From Azolla caroliniana (taxonomy: Eukaryota; Plantae; Polypodiophyta): DNA of 64,000 nucleotides. The stretch is taken from NCBI GenBank assembly GCA_043228905.1, contig JBHGNT010000002.1:21328001-21392000 (forward strand), in the 5' to 3' direction. Positions 1-13,226 of this stretch are shown here, piece by piece (positions within the stretch are counted from its first letter, which is position 1; the number at the start of each line of letters is the position of its first letter). Position numbers and translations under genes: made by a program. The notes below the pieces were generated by a model. The model saw nothing but the letters and a program-made list of their open reading frames with translations, had not been told where the DNA came from and did no database searches.

Positions 1-1536
1 GGTGGAACGATGCTCAGGAATCGACAACCCACATTATCTCGTCGCTGACAAGGTTTAACTCATTCTCCTCGGCAATGAGCATCAGTTCTTCTTCATTTGT
101 CGTGATTGCCGACGTTCCTTTCCGATCCGGGCCTCTCTGGTCCGAACCGTTTCGGTCCAAACTCTTCTTCGAATCGGTGGTGCTGGTTTCTTTCTCTTTC
201 CGGAAATGCCGATAGTTCTTCGGGAAGTGCCCCACCTTCCCATAGTAGAAGCAAGTAGGCTTCCCCCTTGACTTCGACCTCGTCCCCGATTTGTCCTGGT
301 TTTGGGGACTCCGATACCGGCCTCTTCCCTGGTTGTGGTAATCTTCCGTAACCAAGGCCTTCATATCAGTTCCGGACTCCCAGTCCTTCCGGCGAGCTTC
401 TTCATCTAGCAAGCTTGATTTTACCCTTGCTCGGGACAACTGTTTTCCTTGCAGCCCAACGTGACAACTAGCGCCTCCCAACTATCCGGGAGGGAACAGA
501 GCAGGAGTAATGCAAGTACCTCATCTACGAGAGGTACTTCCAACAAGGTGGCTGGATGTATCAACCCCTAGAAAGCATTCATGTGCTCCACCATACTGGA
601 GCCGTCCTGGTACCGGAGCCTCACTAGCTTCCGGAATACCGAAACCCGATTAACGACATTCTTGTTCTAGAACATGATGTCAATCTTCTCCCAGAGTTCA
701 TGAGCCTTTCTCTCTTCATTGAAGTTGTTGTACAGACTCATATCGATGAAGCAATGGATGTATGTCGTCGTCTTCATGTGCATCGACTCCCACACTGTGG
801 CGTCAATCTTATCCGATCTCTTGTCCCCGAATTGAACCGGTAACCAAATATCTTTAACCACTAGCATATCCCTCATGTTCGACTTCCACACTGAGTAGTT
901 GGAGCCGGTGAACTTGAACATGCCACCGAATGATTCTTCCATTTTCTATGTTGTTCGGTCTAATACTAGATTGAAGAGAATAGCACGGAATATTGTTTGG
1001 CCACAACCAAGTCTAGAATCACTTCTATGAGAATCAAACACAAAAAGGGGAAATAGGGAGTGAACGCACGTACACACACAAACAATGGAGAGTAAGCAGG
1101 ATGTTTACGTGGAAAACCCTAATAGTGAAAAACCACGGGAGCCCACAGACTCCAAACTATCACTATATAAGAAAGGTACAAACGGAGACTCCGAGGCAAT
1201 GACCTCAAGCTCTGTATCTTCGCCAGCCAGCGGCTACAATAGATTATTGCTTTGTATCTCTCTCTCTATATATATACAACAGTTATACACATACCACAAT
1301 ATGACAACCACTCCAACTCTTTCAAAGTGATTTCCCTAAGTCATATTTATGCTTATATGAACTTAGGGGTATTTACAAATGTAGCCTCAATGGGCTTACT
1401 CAAAACATAATTACAAATATGTCTTCTCTTCTGGTTCTCAGGGTCCATCCGATCCGGTTTCCGAATATCTTCCGGTTCTCACCAGGTCCTCTTCATTCAT
1501 AACCGGATCCCATCCGGAGGGACCGATTTCCCAACA
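1..1536 (-). mobile_element. Ty1/copia retrotransposon 5' part (5' LTR ~972-1536, degenerate PBS, decayed gag), running off the window
   Basis: The minus strand starts TGTTGGGAAA at 1536. A degenerate tRNA-iMet PBS lies at ~957-968. ORFs 667-942 (FTGSNYSVWK..MRDML) and 14-481 (zinc knuckle CFYYGKVGH, ending WVVDS) are copia gag/protease-like and contain stops. Confidence 0.8.
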
Positions 1537-3093
1537 CAACTCTGACTACGACAATGGTAGCAAAATGTTTGTGATGAGGCACAGAGTGCACTCGATGACA
1601 ACCTCAAACCCGACCAACACCTCCAAACCACATGATATCCCACAAGGATTGGTTCAAGGAGCTATGAACGCCCGAACGAACCAGCTATGTGGAAATTGGG
1701 GATGACACAATTCATCCCATTCAGCATATCGGCAATGTCCCATTTGGGGAAGAAGGTAACCAAACATACATCAAGAATGTCCTACATGTTCCTACAATAA
1801 CAAAGAACTTGGTCTCAGTTGGCCAGATAGTCAAACAAGGCATGCAAGTCCGCTTCAACGATGTAGGTTGCTTCATTGAAAAAGAAGGCCAACTTATTGC
1901 TTGCGGCCGAAGAGAAGGTCGGATGTTCATCCTCGACTCTCACGAGATGAACTCGGAAATGTATGCCAAGGGTCAGAGAGTAGAGGCCGACATAGAGTTG
2001 TGGCACAAGAGGATAGGCCACATCAATCTCCAAAAGCTCAAGGGAATGCAGTCGAAAGGAGTTGTCACCGCACTCCTGACTTTCACCGAAAAGGAAATCG
2101 CAAGCGTGTGCGAAGCTTGTCAATTCCGCAAACAACACCGACAATTGTTCCCAAAGAAGAGGAACACAAGAAAAGGGATCCTGGATGTAATACATTCAGA
2201 TGTATGTGGACCAACCCAGATGACATCATTCGGTGGTTTCCGGTTCTATGTAATGTTCATCGACGACTTATCCAGACATACCTGGATCTACCCCATGCGT
2301 CAGAAGAGCAAAGGGTTCAGACACTTCCAAAGGTTCGAAAAGGCCTTTGATCGGACGACGTCAAGGAGTACTTCTCTAACGCCTTTACAACATGCCTTCG
2401 ACAAGAAGGAATTCGGCGGGAGTTTACCTGTTGGCACACACCTCAGCAAAACGGAGTAGCTGAACGCAAGAATTGGCACATACTCGAGGTGGCAAGGGCA
2501 ATGATGAACGAGAAACATCTGCCAAAGTCATGTTGGACTGAAGCGACGAACACGGTTGTTTATCTGATGAATCGTTGCACAACATCAGGAGTGCACGAAG
2601 TTACCCCCTACGAAAAGTTGTATGGGAAGTAACCAGATCTATCTCATGTCTGCATATTCGGTTCAATTGCATATGTACATATTCCCGACGACCTGTTGCA
2701 GAAGCTTGATCTCAAGTCGGGGAAATGTATACTTGTAGGGTACTCACTCGAGCAAAAAGGGTATAAGTGCTTCAACCCTTCCACCAAGAAGGTACGAGTG
2801 TATTCGATAAATGAGCATCCTAGTATACAGTCGAATCAGCCCCAACCGACACAATAGAAACCGAGTTTGACACAAATGTGGAGGAGGATGATCAACCAAG
2901 GTTCACATGAGAGGAAAGTCCAATCTCAACCAGGTTGAGTGGACCACAAAAGCCTCAAGTCGACCAAACCATGTCACGGTCGAGTCCAAAACAAGACAAA
3001 GGGAAGACCAAAATGCCTGAGTACAATGACTTAGTTGGAAATGAATTGACTCACTTATCTGACAGTGAGTTTGGTAGATTGGATGTGCCCATC
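1537..3093 (+). mobile_element. Ty1/copia pol fragment (protease end, GAG-pre-integrase, integrase), decayed
   Basis: ORF 1689-2459 has NVLHVPTITKNLVSVGQ, LWHKRIGH..CEAC and IHSDVCGP. Homologous to 35487-37940 and frameshifted downstream. Confidence 0.85.
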
Positions 3094-4330
3094 ATGGGAT
3101 GTGAGCTCTCGGAACCGACATTGGTTTGATGTTTCACAGTACATATGATACCGTAAAGATCACCATTGGCTCCACGATCTTAGGATTTACACACCCTATC
3201 TCACCCAACGAGAAGGTGAAAGCCCTTCCATGACTTTTGATCATCCTTCTAAATCTCTCCTCCTCCCTAGGCAATAGGAAGCCACCCCCACCGATGAACC
3301 GGTGATCATTCCTCACATCTCGTCAGTGAACCGGTGTCCTATGCCTCGTGGGTCTCCCAATTTAGGATTAGCTGCTACCCCCTTTATCCAATCCCAACTA
3401 TCGTCAGGCAATGGAGTAGCCACAAGCTTCACCTTCTTGTCCACGGTCTTGTACTTCGTTTGCACATTGGCCGTCCTTGCCTCCTTGATCAACCACCCAC
3501 GCTCTTTGATGGCGATGTACATGTCAATTGAATTGATTGGAATTACCTTGTCTTCATTGAGGCTCGAAGTGACTATCCTCTCCATCTCTCCGAGAGTGTC
3601 ATCGAACGAGACCGCCTCCATGGCGCTGCTTATTTTGTCATCTTCCCCTAATAAATTACATTGTTTGAGATACCCTTCGTATCTTCTAGCCCTAGGCTTA
3701 TCTCTATCACTTAAACTAGTAATTTTACAAGCTCCAGTTTCAGAGAACCAAAATTGTTTCCTATTACATTTAATAGTTTTACAAGGGTTTAGGGACTTGG
3801 ACCCTTCTTTCCGCTTTGTCCGCTTCTTCTCTTTTGAAGTTTCCCCTAGAGAGGCTTCCAAGGATTGACAGCCAAAAGTCAATCTCTTTCTCCTCTTGCC
3901 TTTCCTTGCCTCTTTCCCCACTCGGATCCCAGCCGATGTCGAGTAGTGGACGGCTTCAATATGTCGTGCTTCAACCTCCTCCATTAGCCTTCTCATGCCT
4001 CCTCGGTCTTAGTTCAATCCCAAGGGGTGCCTCATCTCTGTCGAATAGACCCTATTGTTCCAAAGGTAGACAATATTCCTTCTTAGGGCCTCTTGGAAGT
4101 CTCCACAATCCCTTTGTACGTGGTTGGAATTATCACACCACATACATCTTTGCGCGAACGGGGGACATCGATCTTGAGGACGGCCCCCACTCCCTCTCCT
4201 AGCTTGCGCTATCTGAAGATCCCACACCATCTTTGTGAGCTTGTCTATAGCCGACCGTCTAGACGGTGCTTCAACCACATTTCTTTCAGGGACAAACCTC
4301 ACATTTGCTTGCCCTCTTTCTTGGGGTGCT
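3094..4330 (-). mobile_element. Ty3/gypsy fragment (gag end and pre-RT region), same family as 21947-33080
   Basis: Minus-strand ORFs share LTKMVxDLxIAQA, CMWCD..H..C, HYSxSAGIxVG, TKYKxVD, IGGGGFLLP and VPRAHIP with ORFs at 23619-23960 and 29475-30020. Confidence 0.8.
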
Positions 4331-4344
4331 CTACCACCCTTGGG

Positions 4345-4576
4345 TTCGTGTGTCTCATTAATGGATACCTGTTGCACGCATGTGATACAATAGAGCATGT
4401 AGGCAGTAGGTACGCATGCATGTGCCAAGTGTTAATAATACAAGGGAGAAATTATGCACATTGATGCTAGCTAAAACCTACAATGAGGAAGTATATACAT
4501 GATTATATGCTAGATGTGTGGTTAACATATAACACTCGATTATAACATGGTCATGTCAAGAGTTCGAATCTTGACA
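4345..4576 (-). mobile_element. Partial chromovirus-type LTR, inverted relative to the LTR at 5888-6281
   Basis: The reverse complement of 4380-4545 aligns with 5941-6100 (e.g. cacttggcacatgcatgcgtac). The minus strand begins TGTCAAGA at 4576. Confidence 0.65.
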
Positions 4577-6281
4577 CTACATCCCGGAAGGGTTGTGCCG
4601 AGTTCGCATTATAACTAAATGTCATTATTGTTCTCTTGCCAACCATTTTGGGGTTGCCAAAACTTTAGAGTTGATCTCTCAGACCTATTGACGGCCCCAA
4701 ATTTGGAAGCTAGTGAAAGGCTTCATCAAGACTTGTGACATATGTGCTCGATCTAAAACAGCCCATCATCGCCCGTATGGACTGCTTCGACCTCTCCCAC
4801 TACCTGATTGGTCGTGGTCATCCATTTCTATGGACTTCATCACCGACTTGCCACTCTCTGAGGTACATGACTCCATCTTGGTAGTCGTGGACGGATTTAC
4901 CAAAATGACGCATTTTATACCATGTTCCAAAGCCATCTCAAGCTTAGAGACAACGAATCTAATCTTGGCAAATGTTGTGTGCCTCCATTGGTTGCCTGAT
5001 GAGATCGTCTCCAATCGTGGTGCCCCATTTATTTCTCTTTTTTGGAAACGTCTCTTCCATATTCTCAGCACCACCATCAAGTTGTCGGCGGCATTCCATC
5101 CACAAACAGACGGGAAGATGGAACACGTAAATCCGGTACTAGAGTAATATCTTCGATGTTTGGTGAGTTACCAACAAGACAATTGGACTACGTTCCTCCC
5201 TTCATTCATCCATCAGCACCTCCCCATTCTTTGCCAACTTTGGTTTCCAACCTCGCTTCAACATATCCCTTCCCTCTATTTCGGTGAACCCCTCCCCTCG
5301 ACTTAAGAGTGGGTGTGTTGTCTAAAAGAAATCCACCAAGATCTAACTCTTCAGCTTGTTAATGTGCAAGACCGAAAAAAGGCAACGACTAACCATCTAT
5401 GGGCTCCGACATCCAACTTTCAAGTAGGTGACATGGTTTGGCTTCTATAGCACAATATTACATATGACCAGTCATCCATGTGCCAAGCTAGTTTACACAA
5501 AATTGGGCCCGTTTCGCATCTCTGAGTGTATCAATCATGTGGCCTATTGGCTCAACCTTCCTCCCCACTATCGCATCCATGGCGTTTTTCATGTATCTCT
5601 GTTGGAGTTTTACCATCTCTTTGTACTTCCCAGGCGGCAACCCACTCGACCACCACCCATCGAGTTGGAGTCTTGCAATGAGAATGAAGTTGAAGAAATC
5701 CTCGACTCCAAGCTTCTATGTCGAAAACTCTATTATTTGGTACGTTGGAAAGGATACCCAATATTTGAAGCGACTTGGGAACCTTACCACCATTTGACGA
5801 ATGCAGCTGAGACAATTCGTGATTTCCATATTTGTTATCCACACAAGCTTGCATCGCCTAGAAGTCGGTGCTAAATAGGGGGGATAACATCACGGACATG
5901 ACAACGGTCATGTCAAGATCCGCACTTGTGAGCTCTTTTATTATAATCAAGTGTTATGTGTTAACCAACATGTCCAATATACAATCAGATGAATAGTTGT
6001 TCCTTGTAGCTTTAAGCTAGTATCATGAGCATAATTACTCCATTGTATTATTCACACTTGGCACATGCATGCGTACATACATGCACTAGTGTATCACGTG
6101 CTTAGTATAAATATTTGAGTTCACCTTGAATGAATTCAAGGTGAACAACACCAGTTAATGATACTTGCTCCTTAGCTTGTCAATCATGTCTTGCTTGTCA
6201 ATCGTATCTTTGTAGTGCTTTTAGGCTTGTCGATCGCATCCTTGTAGTATCCTTGTAGCTCAGATTCTTCTTTCCTTAACA
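4577..6281 (+). mobile_element. Ty3/gypsy chromovirus 3' part: integrase, chromodomain, PPT and 3' LTR (~5888-6281), decayed
   Basis: ORF 4713-5147 (SISMDFITDLP, HPQTDG). ORF 5428-5874 (GPFRI, HGVFHVSLL, EVEEILDSK..YYLVRWKGYP..TWEP). Purine tract aaataggggggata at ~5873-5886. LTR ends TAACA at 6281. Confidence 0.85.
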
Positions 6282-6529
6282 GTTGGGCAATATGTTCAGT
6301 GGGTCCAAATACTTCACTTGGTCATCCTTCACACAATCGAGTAATGTTGGTTATGCAAGTCTAAGTCTCATCAAAGATCCACCCTAATGATAAAACATTT
6401 TGGTGGTGTAACAGAAGGGGGGGATTTTGGATCAACATGGAAGTTTATTGAAATTCTAAATGACCTTGGGATTTCGAATCAAAAGGGCATGTAAAACCAA
6501 CAACAAGAAGAGGTAATGTAGTCGTCTTC

Positions 6530-6853
6530 TATTTGGACATTACACCCAAACTCGAGGATCTCCACCAAAATATTTGATCTCTATCTATTTATCTATATTC
6601 TTTTTAAACCACTCTATGAAACGGAATCTAGTTGTATATAACATGACCTATTGATTCAATGTATTTAGTTTTTCAATATTCATTCCAAGTTATTTGGACA
6701 TTACACCCAAACTCGAGGATCTCCACCAAAATATTTGATCTCTATCTATTTATCTATATTCTTTTTAAACCACTCTATGAAACGGAATCTCGTTGTATAT
6801 AATATGACCTATTGATTCAATGTATTTAGCTTTTCAATATTCATTTCAAGTTA
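6530..6853. repeat. Tandem duplication, 2 x 161 bp
   Basis: tatttggacattacacccaaactcgaggatctcc starts at both 6530 and 6691; the copies are near-identical. Confidence 0.9.
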
Positions 6854-8344
6854 TTTTCAATAATCTATTATTTAGAATTACTTAGAATTAAATAGGCATT
6901 GTGAAGGAATTTTCACCAAAAAACTTGTTGCGCCAGTCGAACGATCTCACCTCCATGGGTGAGACAAATTTTTCGCATCTCAATTCTGACCTCCAACCAA
7001 AAAGTTATGTAATTTTGAATGGTAGGAGTTGAATCTGGTACGTCTACTAAGACTAAGTCCCATCCATCAAATGGTACCCAAAGAGGAGTATTAAAAATGT
7101 AACTTTTGACTATTCTCAACCTCCAAAGAGAGAGGGCTAAATTCATAATTTACCAAAAAACAGAGCCTTCGCCTCTCATCAAAGTCCCCTCCCTTTGACG
7201 AAACCGATGCCTCCTATGTGAGCCGAAGGAAGCGCCATCACCTCCTACACGAGCCGAAGGAAGCGTCATCACCTCATTCACAAGACAAAGGTGTTCTGCT
7301 TGTTGCCGCCACATGGCATGCATGCATGTCCAAGTGGCACATGTCATTTATGCCAAGTGGTGATCATATGTGATCTTATGTATGTTATGTAAGTGTCCAA
7401 GATCTGCTTATTGTTGAACCATTCTAGTTCAGTGCCTCTCACTATAAAAAGGGGAGAAGAGGCTCATTTTGGAGTTCAACATTTTGGCATTTGAGGGTCC
7501 CGTTTTAGGGAGATCAAAGGGTGTTTTATTTTTTTATTTTAGGAGTCTTCTCCTTTTTCTTTTTTTTTTCTATTGGGGTATTTGGGTTGTGGGGTGGTGT
7601 CGTGATGTTTCTAACACATAGTGTGAAACCACCCTCGAAAAGAAGCAAAATAGTAGTTTAAATAAACTAGTATTGTGAAGACAACTTTGTTGGTAGCAAA
7701 AATACTTTTTCATTTTGCCAAAGATAATTCCTTATAAATAAAATTTCAACGGATTGAACCTTACAATAAATAATGCTGAATATTAAGTTAGAGGCAGTTT
7801 TCAACAGTAGACAAAAGTAGAGAAAAAGATGGAGAGAAAAAAAAACACGCGTGGATATGAGGAGCACATTAGAGAAAAAAACTCATAATTTCCTCGTCAG
7901 ATGTCCAAATTAGAAAAGAAAAGATGCATAAGAAAGTTAACCCAAAGACCTTTCCAAGAATATCATGTGAAATTTGGGGCTAGAAAACAGAAATAGTGAG
8001 GAAAAGAAAAGTTAACTCATATAGACAAGCATTTTTTTAGGGGAAAAAGGCAAGTAATTCTAAACCTATAAATAAGAAGCTTTTCTAGTGAAGAAGGGGG
8101 GGAGGGAGAAGGAACCCGGAAGTTCTACTCAATTGGAAGGCAAAAGAAGAAGGATCAACAACATCGAGAGGCATCATCAACAAAGAATCACTTTCTTCTA
8201 TATTCCACTCTCTTCTTTCCTCCACCTCTCTTCTCCCTTCCTTTATAAATTATCTCTCATATTCATATCAAACCCGTTGTAAAATTGATTCTTATTTTAT
8301 AAAAGAATCTATTATTTTGTAATAAACTAATATTTGGTTTCACC

Positions 8345-9045
8345 TACATGTCTTATATATTATCGTCATTTGCGCTTATTTGTTTGTGTGTCTTGTGACA
8401 AGGGAGCGTTTCAGGCTTGCCCATGCACCTCTCCTTTCACAAAGGCATTCAAACTTACGTATCTTATATGTTATTGTCATTTTTCCTTATTTGTTTGTGT
8501 GTCTTGTGACAAGGGAGAGTTTCGAGCTTGTCCATGCACCTCTCTTTTCACAAAGGCATTCGAAACTCTCTCTCTCTTGTGTGTGTGAGTAAGCCTTTTC
8601 CTTGTGTGTTCACGTGTCTTGTAACAAGGGAGCGTTCGGGCTTGCCCATGCACCTCTCTTTTCACAAAGGCATTCGAAACTCTCTCTCTCGTGTGTGTGA
8701 GTAAGCCTTTTCCTTGTGTGTTCACGTGTCTTGTAACAAGGGAGCGTTCGGGCTTTGCCCATGCACCTCTCTTTTCACAAAGGCATTCGAAACTCTGTCT
8801 CTCATGTGTGTAAGTAAGCCTTTTCCTTGTGTGTTTGTGTGTCTTGTAACAAAGGAGCGTTCAGGCTTGCCCATGCACCTCTCTTTTCACAAAGGCATTT
8901 GAAACTCTGTCTCTTGTGTGTGTAAGTAAGCCTTTTCCTCGTGTGTCTGTGTGTAAGCCTTCCTCACGTGCATTCGTTCACCTTGTGATTAGGGGTTGAT
9001 TTGGGCTTGCCAATGCACCTCTCCTTTTCACAAACACTTTCGAAT
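8345..9045. repeat. Tandem array, ~111-115 bp unit, 5 copies plus one degenerate copy
   Basis: The anchor a(a/g)ggag..gcttgcccatgcacctct..tttcacaaaggcatt recurs at ~8401, 8512, 8627, 8739, 8852 and, degenerate, at ~8991. Confidence 0.9.
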
Positions 9046-10549
9046 ACTAATGCCTTGTTTGTGTAAGCCTTCCTTGTGTTGTGTGTCAGCCCTATTTCCT
9101 TCCTGTCCATAACCCTAGCGGTTCCACCTCACGATCCGCACATAGTGACGGATTTTCATGACAATTGTGGAGTAGACCACCTCGTCTTTATCTTCTTCCA
9201 TTCTTGTCTTGGAGTTTTCCTTCACCGCCACTACACCATCACAACTTGTGGGCGTGTTCTATTCTGATGATGGCTCGGTGGCGGTCAAAGGAAACTTATA
9301 GGTGTGAGCTTACAAATGGTAGATGATCTACTGATAAAACAAGATTCTTGTCTAATAGCATGATTTGAACATTAATCACGTGCAATACATAAGGATACCA
9401 ATTTGATCGGGGAGCTTGTATACTTCGCGATTATACAACCAACCTACAAAGTGGGCTATTGAGTTATGAAAAAAGTAACTAGGCTTAAAATTAAAGGTCT
9501 TGTTGATTATATTTTTTAATAAAATCACCAATATAGCCCTATTGTATAATACAAGAATAGATTGACACATGAGTGATATTCGTGATATTTTCCATGCGTG
9601 ATATTTGCAATATTCGAGAATATGAAATGGAACCAAGGGCCAACCAAGCATATTATAAAACCATTCATTTTGCAGAATAAATATAATAAAAGTTTATTTT
9701 TATTTATTTTTTAAAACAATAAATAAATATTAATTCACTAAAAGACGAACAATCATTCATTAATAGATTATAAAAATAAGGTTAGTGTCAATAAAGGAGA
9801 CTTAACGCTAAATTAATATAAATATAATAAAAGGAGAATATTATAAATATAAAGGAGAGTTTTTAATGTCAACTGAAACTATCCACAAAATTTTGGAGAC
9901 TCAAAAGTGAGGAATTAATGAATCTTTATGTTATTTTATTTATTTATTAAAAATAAAACTAATATTTTTACATTTATTATAAAAATATTATTGGTTTCAA
10001 GTTTCTTTTTTATTGTCCCAATCCCCTTTTCTATATTTAGGAAACTAAAAAGGAGGGAGTTTATAAATAGTTTTTGTATTTAACGAATGTTTTTCCATGC
10101 ATTCGTTTGGGAGGCCCCACGAATGCAAATATGTCAATCTATGGATATAGGTCATTGTTAAAGTGGATAGGTTTCGAATAAAGCACAAAGGCTCATGTGC
10201 AACCATGAGTTATTGACATTTGGAGTTTTGGTATGTGGACTCCGCAAAACTTCAACAAGCACTAAGGAGCTCCACATTTAATTGTTATATTATGAGCAAG
10301 TTTTATTCTGCAAGAATCCAAACACATTCGAGACAACATGGTGGCATGTTGTTGCACATCACCTGACAGTCGCAAAGTTATGGTGTGCACTTGAGTGAGA
10401 CCACCGAGAACCTAAGCCAAACCCATCCTTGAGGTGTTGATGTGGAAATCTCAAAGAGTTAGATTTCCACATTTTATTTTCTTTCAAAAAGTTGTTATTT
10501 TTAGAATTCTTGTGCTCGTGTACGATTTTCCCATATAATTGCATGTGAG

Positions 10550-10553
<4 letters not shown>

Positions 10554-10596
<43 letters not shown>
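10554..10596. repeat. (TA)n microsatellite
   Basis: About 21 TA units. Confidence 0.95.
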
Positions 10597-10600
<4 letters not shown>

Positions 10601-12249
10601 AAGTAGATAAGTGTGTATATGCATTCATAAGATCTGATGTGTAAGCGTGGATCATTTTTAACCAATGAAATTAGAATGGAATCCATTTGATTATCTTAAC
10701 TCCTCTTTTAGTTTATGGAATTCTTATTTATTAAAGAATGGAGGGATTTGCTTGTTTGCTTAGAAATATGCATGCATCAATGAAATGAGCATATAATATT
10801 GCACACTGTAATAGAAAAGCATTTTAGAACCTCCAGGAACTTCTTCAACATAGAAAAATGAAAATAAACAACCACATATGACACGACTAGGTGTAAGAGA
10901 CTAGAAACTTACCATCGCCCTTGATATTTTTGGTACTATCAATACTTTACATGATTCTCTTTCTAGAGATTTAAAAACATATGCATATTGCAGACTAACG
11001 GTGTGAAGTTTTGCTTGTGTACGCTAGTTGCAAACATTAGGTGATTGATGTTACAATTTGGAAAACCATTGACCAAGTAGTGGAAAAGACTAGCTTTTAA
11101 TATTGCATGTTGTAATAGAAAAAACAAACTTCAAATCTACAAGAGGTTCTTAAAACTTGACAACAAAGTGACATGAGTAAGTTACTATCCCTATCCCTAT
11201 GGATGTTTTCGTATATCCTTTATGTGGTGTTACTTCCAGAGTTTTAAATATAATCTACATTTAGTGCAATAAAGACATGGGCTTTGGTTGATGTACATCA
11301 GTTATGGATGTTATTTTTGGTGAGTAATATAACGATTTTGAAAACACTTACAAAAGATGTGGCAAAATCCACCCCTTTATATTTGCATTTGGTATGGGGC
11401 TCAGAGATGGTTGACCAAATCAAAGGATAATACTCCATTCTAAATGCTTATAATTTGGTCTTTGAAACATATTCATTCTATAGGTCCTCCCTACTCAAGG
11501 TTTTCACATGTCTCTTTTATCTTTTGGATTGTTGATCAATTCATATTTTTATCATGCCATGCATAAAGGTTCAAATCTTAGTAAAGGCACATTTTATAGT
11601 CTAGTCTCATTATTCATGTCTAGCAAAAAAAAAATGTTACGTTTAGACAAATAGGAAAACAATAATCAACATTATGATCTCACATCAGTACCCCTCTAGA
11701 TGTGTGAGATAAGATTGGAGATCAAGTAACTAGGTATATATACACCACTGTACCTTTACATAGGAGAAATTGGACTCTCAACCGCCACATGACACAATGT
11801 CGTGTAAGAAATTAGAAATCTCGCATTTGTCTTGAAATTTTTTGTAGCATTTGAAATATGATGTACATGTTGCATAGTAAAAGTCTGAACTTTTTCGTAT
11901 ATAGGTTAACTACAAACATTATTTTTTGGTGATGTCAAAATTTGGAAAAATGCTTACTAAGAAGTGAAAAGAGGCAACTTTTACACATGAGTTTTGTATG
12001 GGGTCCACAAATTCCCCATCAATTGTGCATATAAATTATACTATTGCACACTGAAATAGAAAACACAAACTTAAAATTAGCAACAAGTTCTTAAAACGAG
12101 GAAATAGATGGACAAAGTGATATGCAAAAGAAAGAAGCTTACCATCCTTGTGGATGTTATATATTGTGGGTTATTTGTAGAGTTAAAAAAATATAATCTA
12201 CATGTACTGCAAAGAAGTACAAGCTTTTGTTGATGTACATTAGGTGTGG

Positions 12250-12487
12250 ATATTTATTTATTTTCCCCCCAAAAGAAGCTACTTTCCCATTAGTTGGTAG
12301 AGGTTATTACAGAAAGACTATACTGAAGGTGGCTTATACATAAATCGGGAAATCACCCTCCAACTAAGTTCAAGAATATGAGACTGTGTACATATCCTTT
12401 CAAACGGACTACTGAATGTAAGTAGGAACCTATAGCTATAGGGTAGTGCCCTTCATCACCGGTCACTATGAGCCGGAACCTGTGGTC
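12250..12487 (-). mobile_element. Short retroposed (SINE or LINE 3'-end-like) insert in the GLR-A upstream region
   Basis: Flanked by the direct repeat tacattaggtgtgg (12236-12249 and 12488-12501). The T-rich left end equals an A-rich tail on the minus strand. The paralogous insert at 46543-46773 has a ~19-bp flanking repeat. Confidence 0.5.
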
Positions 12488-13218
12488 TACATTAGGTGTG
12501 GCAAAATCCAACCCTTCACATTTGCATTTGGTATGGGCTCCATGGATGGTCGATCAAATGAAAGGATAATACTCTAGTATATTTTGGTCTTTGGAACATA
12601 TTTGTTCAGATATGGCTCCTCCCCACTCAAGATTTCCTTCCACATATCTCTCACATGTTTTAGATCCTTCATTAAGTCAGACTTTTCTCAGGCCATGCAT
12701 TAAAGGTTCAAGTCTTGTTACATCATGGCACATTATTAAAGTGATGCATAACAAGTGGCATTTTTAGTAGCTCATGCATTGAGATTTCAAATCATACACT
12801 GTAGGGGCTTGATTAAGTCAGACTTTTCTCATGCCATTCATAAAGGTTCAAATCTTGGTAACTAGCTTCAGTAAAGTTACAATTTTACTAACTTTGTACA
12901 TAAAGTCTTGTTATTCAAACAATGCATACAAAAAGACAAATTATGGCACGTTATTCAAGTGATGCAGAACAAGTTGCATTTCTACTAACTCATCACCATG
13001 CATTGAGATTCGGATCGTAAAGTCTTACCGCATTTTCTATTATTATCAATGTACCCATACACACACAACGTTTTTTTTTATCATTGACATTCCACGGCAA
13101 TGTGAACAACATGAATGTTCAAAAAATCAATAGCACATACATAATATGTATATAGTGATTATACGCTTTTGAAGGAAGACCTTTACTAGTCCTAACAAGT
13201 AAAGCGTATTGAGTCCTC

Positions 13219-13226
13219 TATATATA
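13219..13226 (+). promoter_or_regulatory. Putative TATA box of GLR-A
   Basis: TATATATA about 130 nt upstream of the ATG, followed by a pyrimidine-rich leader. The paralogue has the equivalent at 47466-47479. Confidence 0.5.

Larger units (their letters stand above)
6407..9314 (+). mobile_element. Putative long (~2.9 kb) LTR or LTR-like segment
   Basis: Termini TGTAA (6407) and TTACA (9314) are inverted, followed by aaTGGTA (PBS-like). It contains a TATA-like ctataaata (~8066) and tandem arrays, with no coding potential. No matching TSD. Confidence 0.35.

Noticed and set aside
8345-9045. CRISPR-like regularly spaced repeats (also 61215-61604)
   Set aside because: Whole units are repeated with no unique spacers, there are no cas genes, and the context is eukaryotic.
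9315-10790. AT-rich stretch as a possible Helitron, MITE or gene
   Set aside because: I could not identify termini, a TSD or coding signal.
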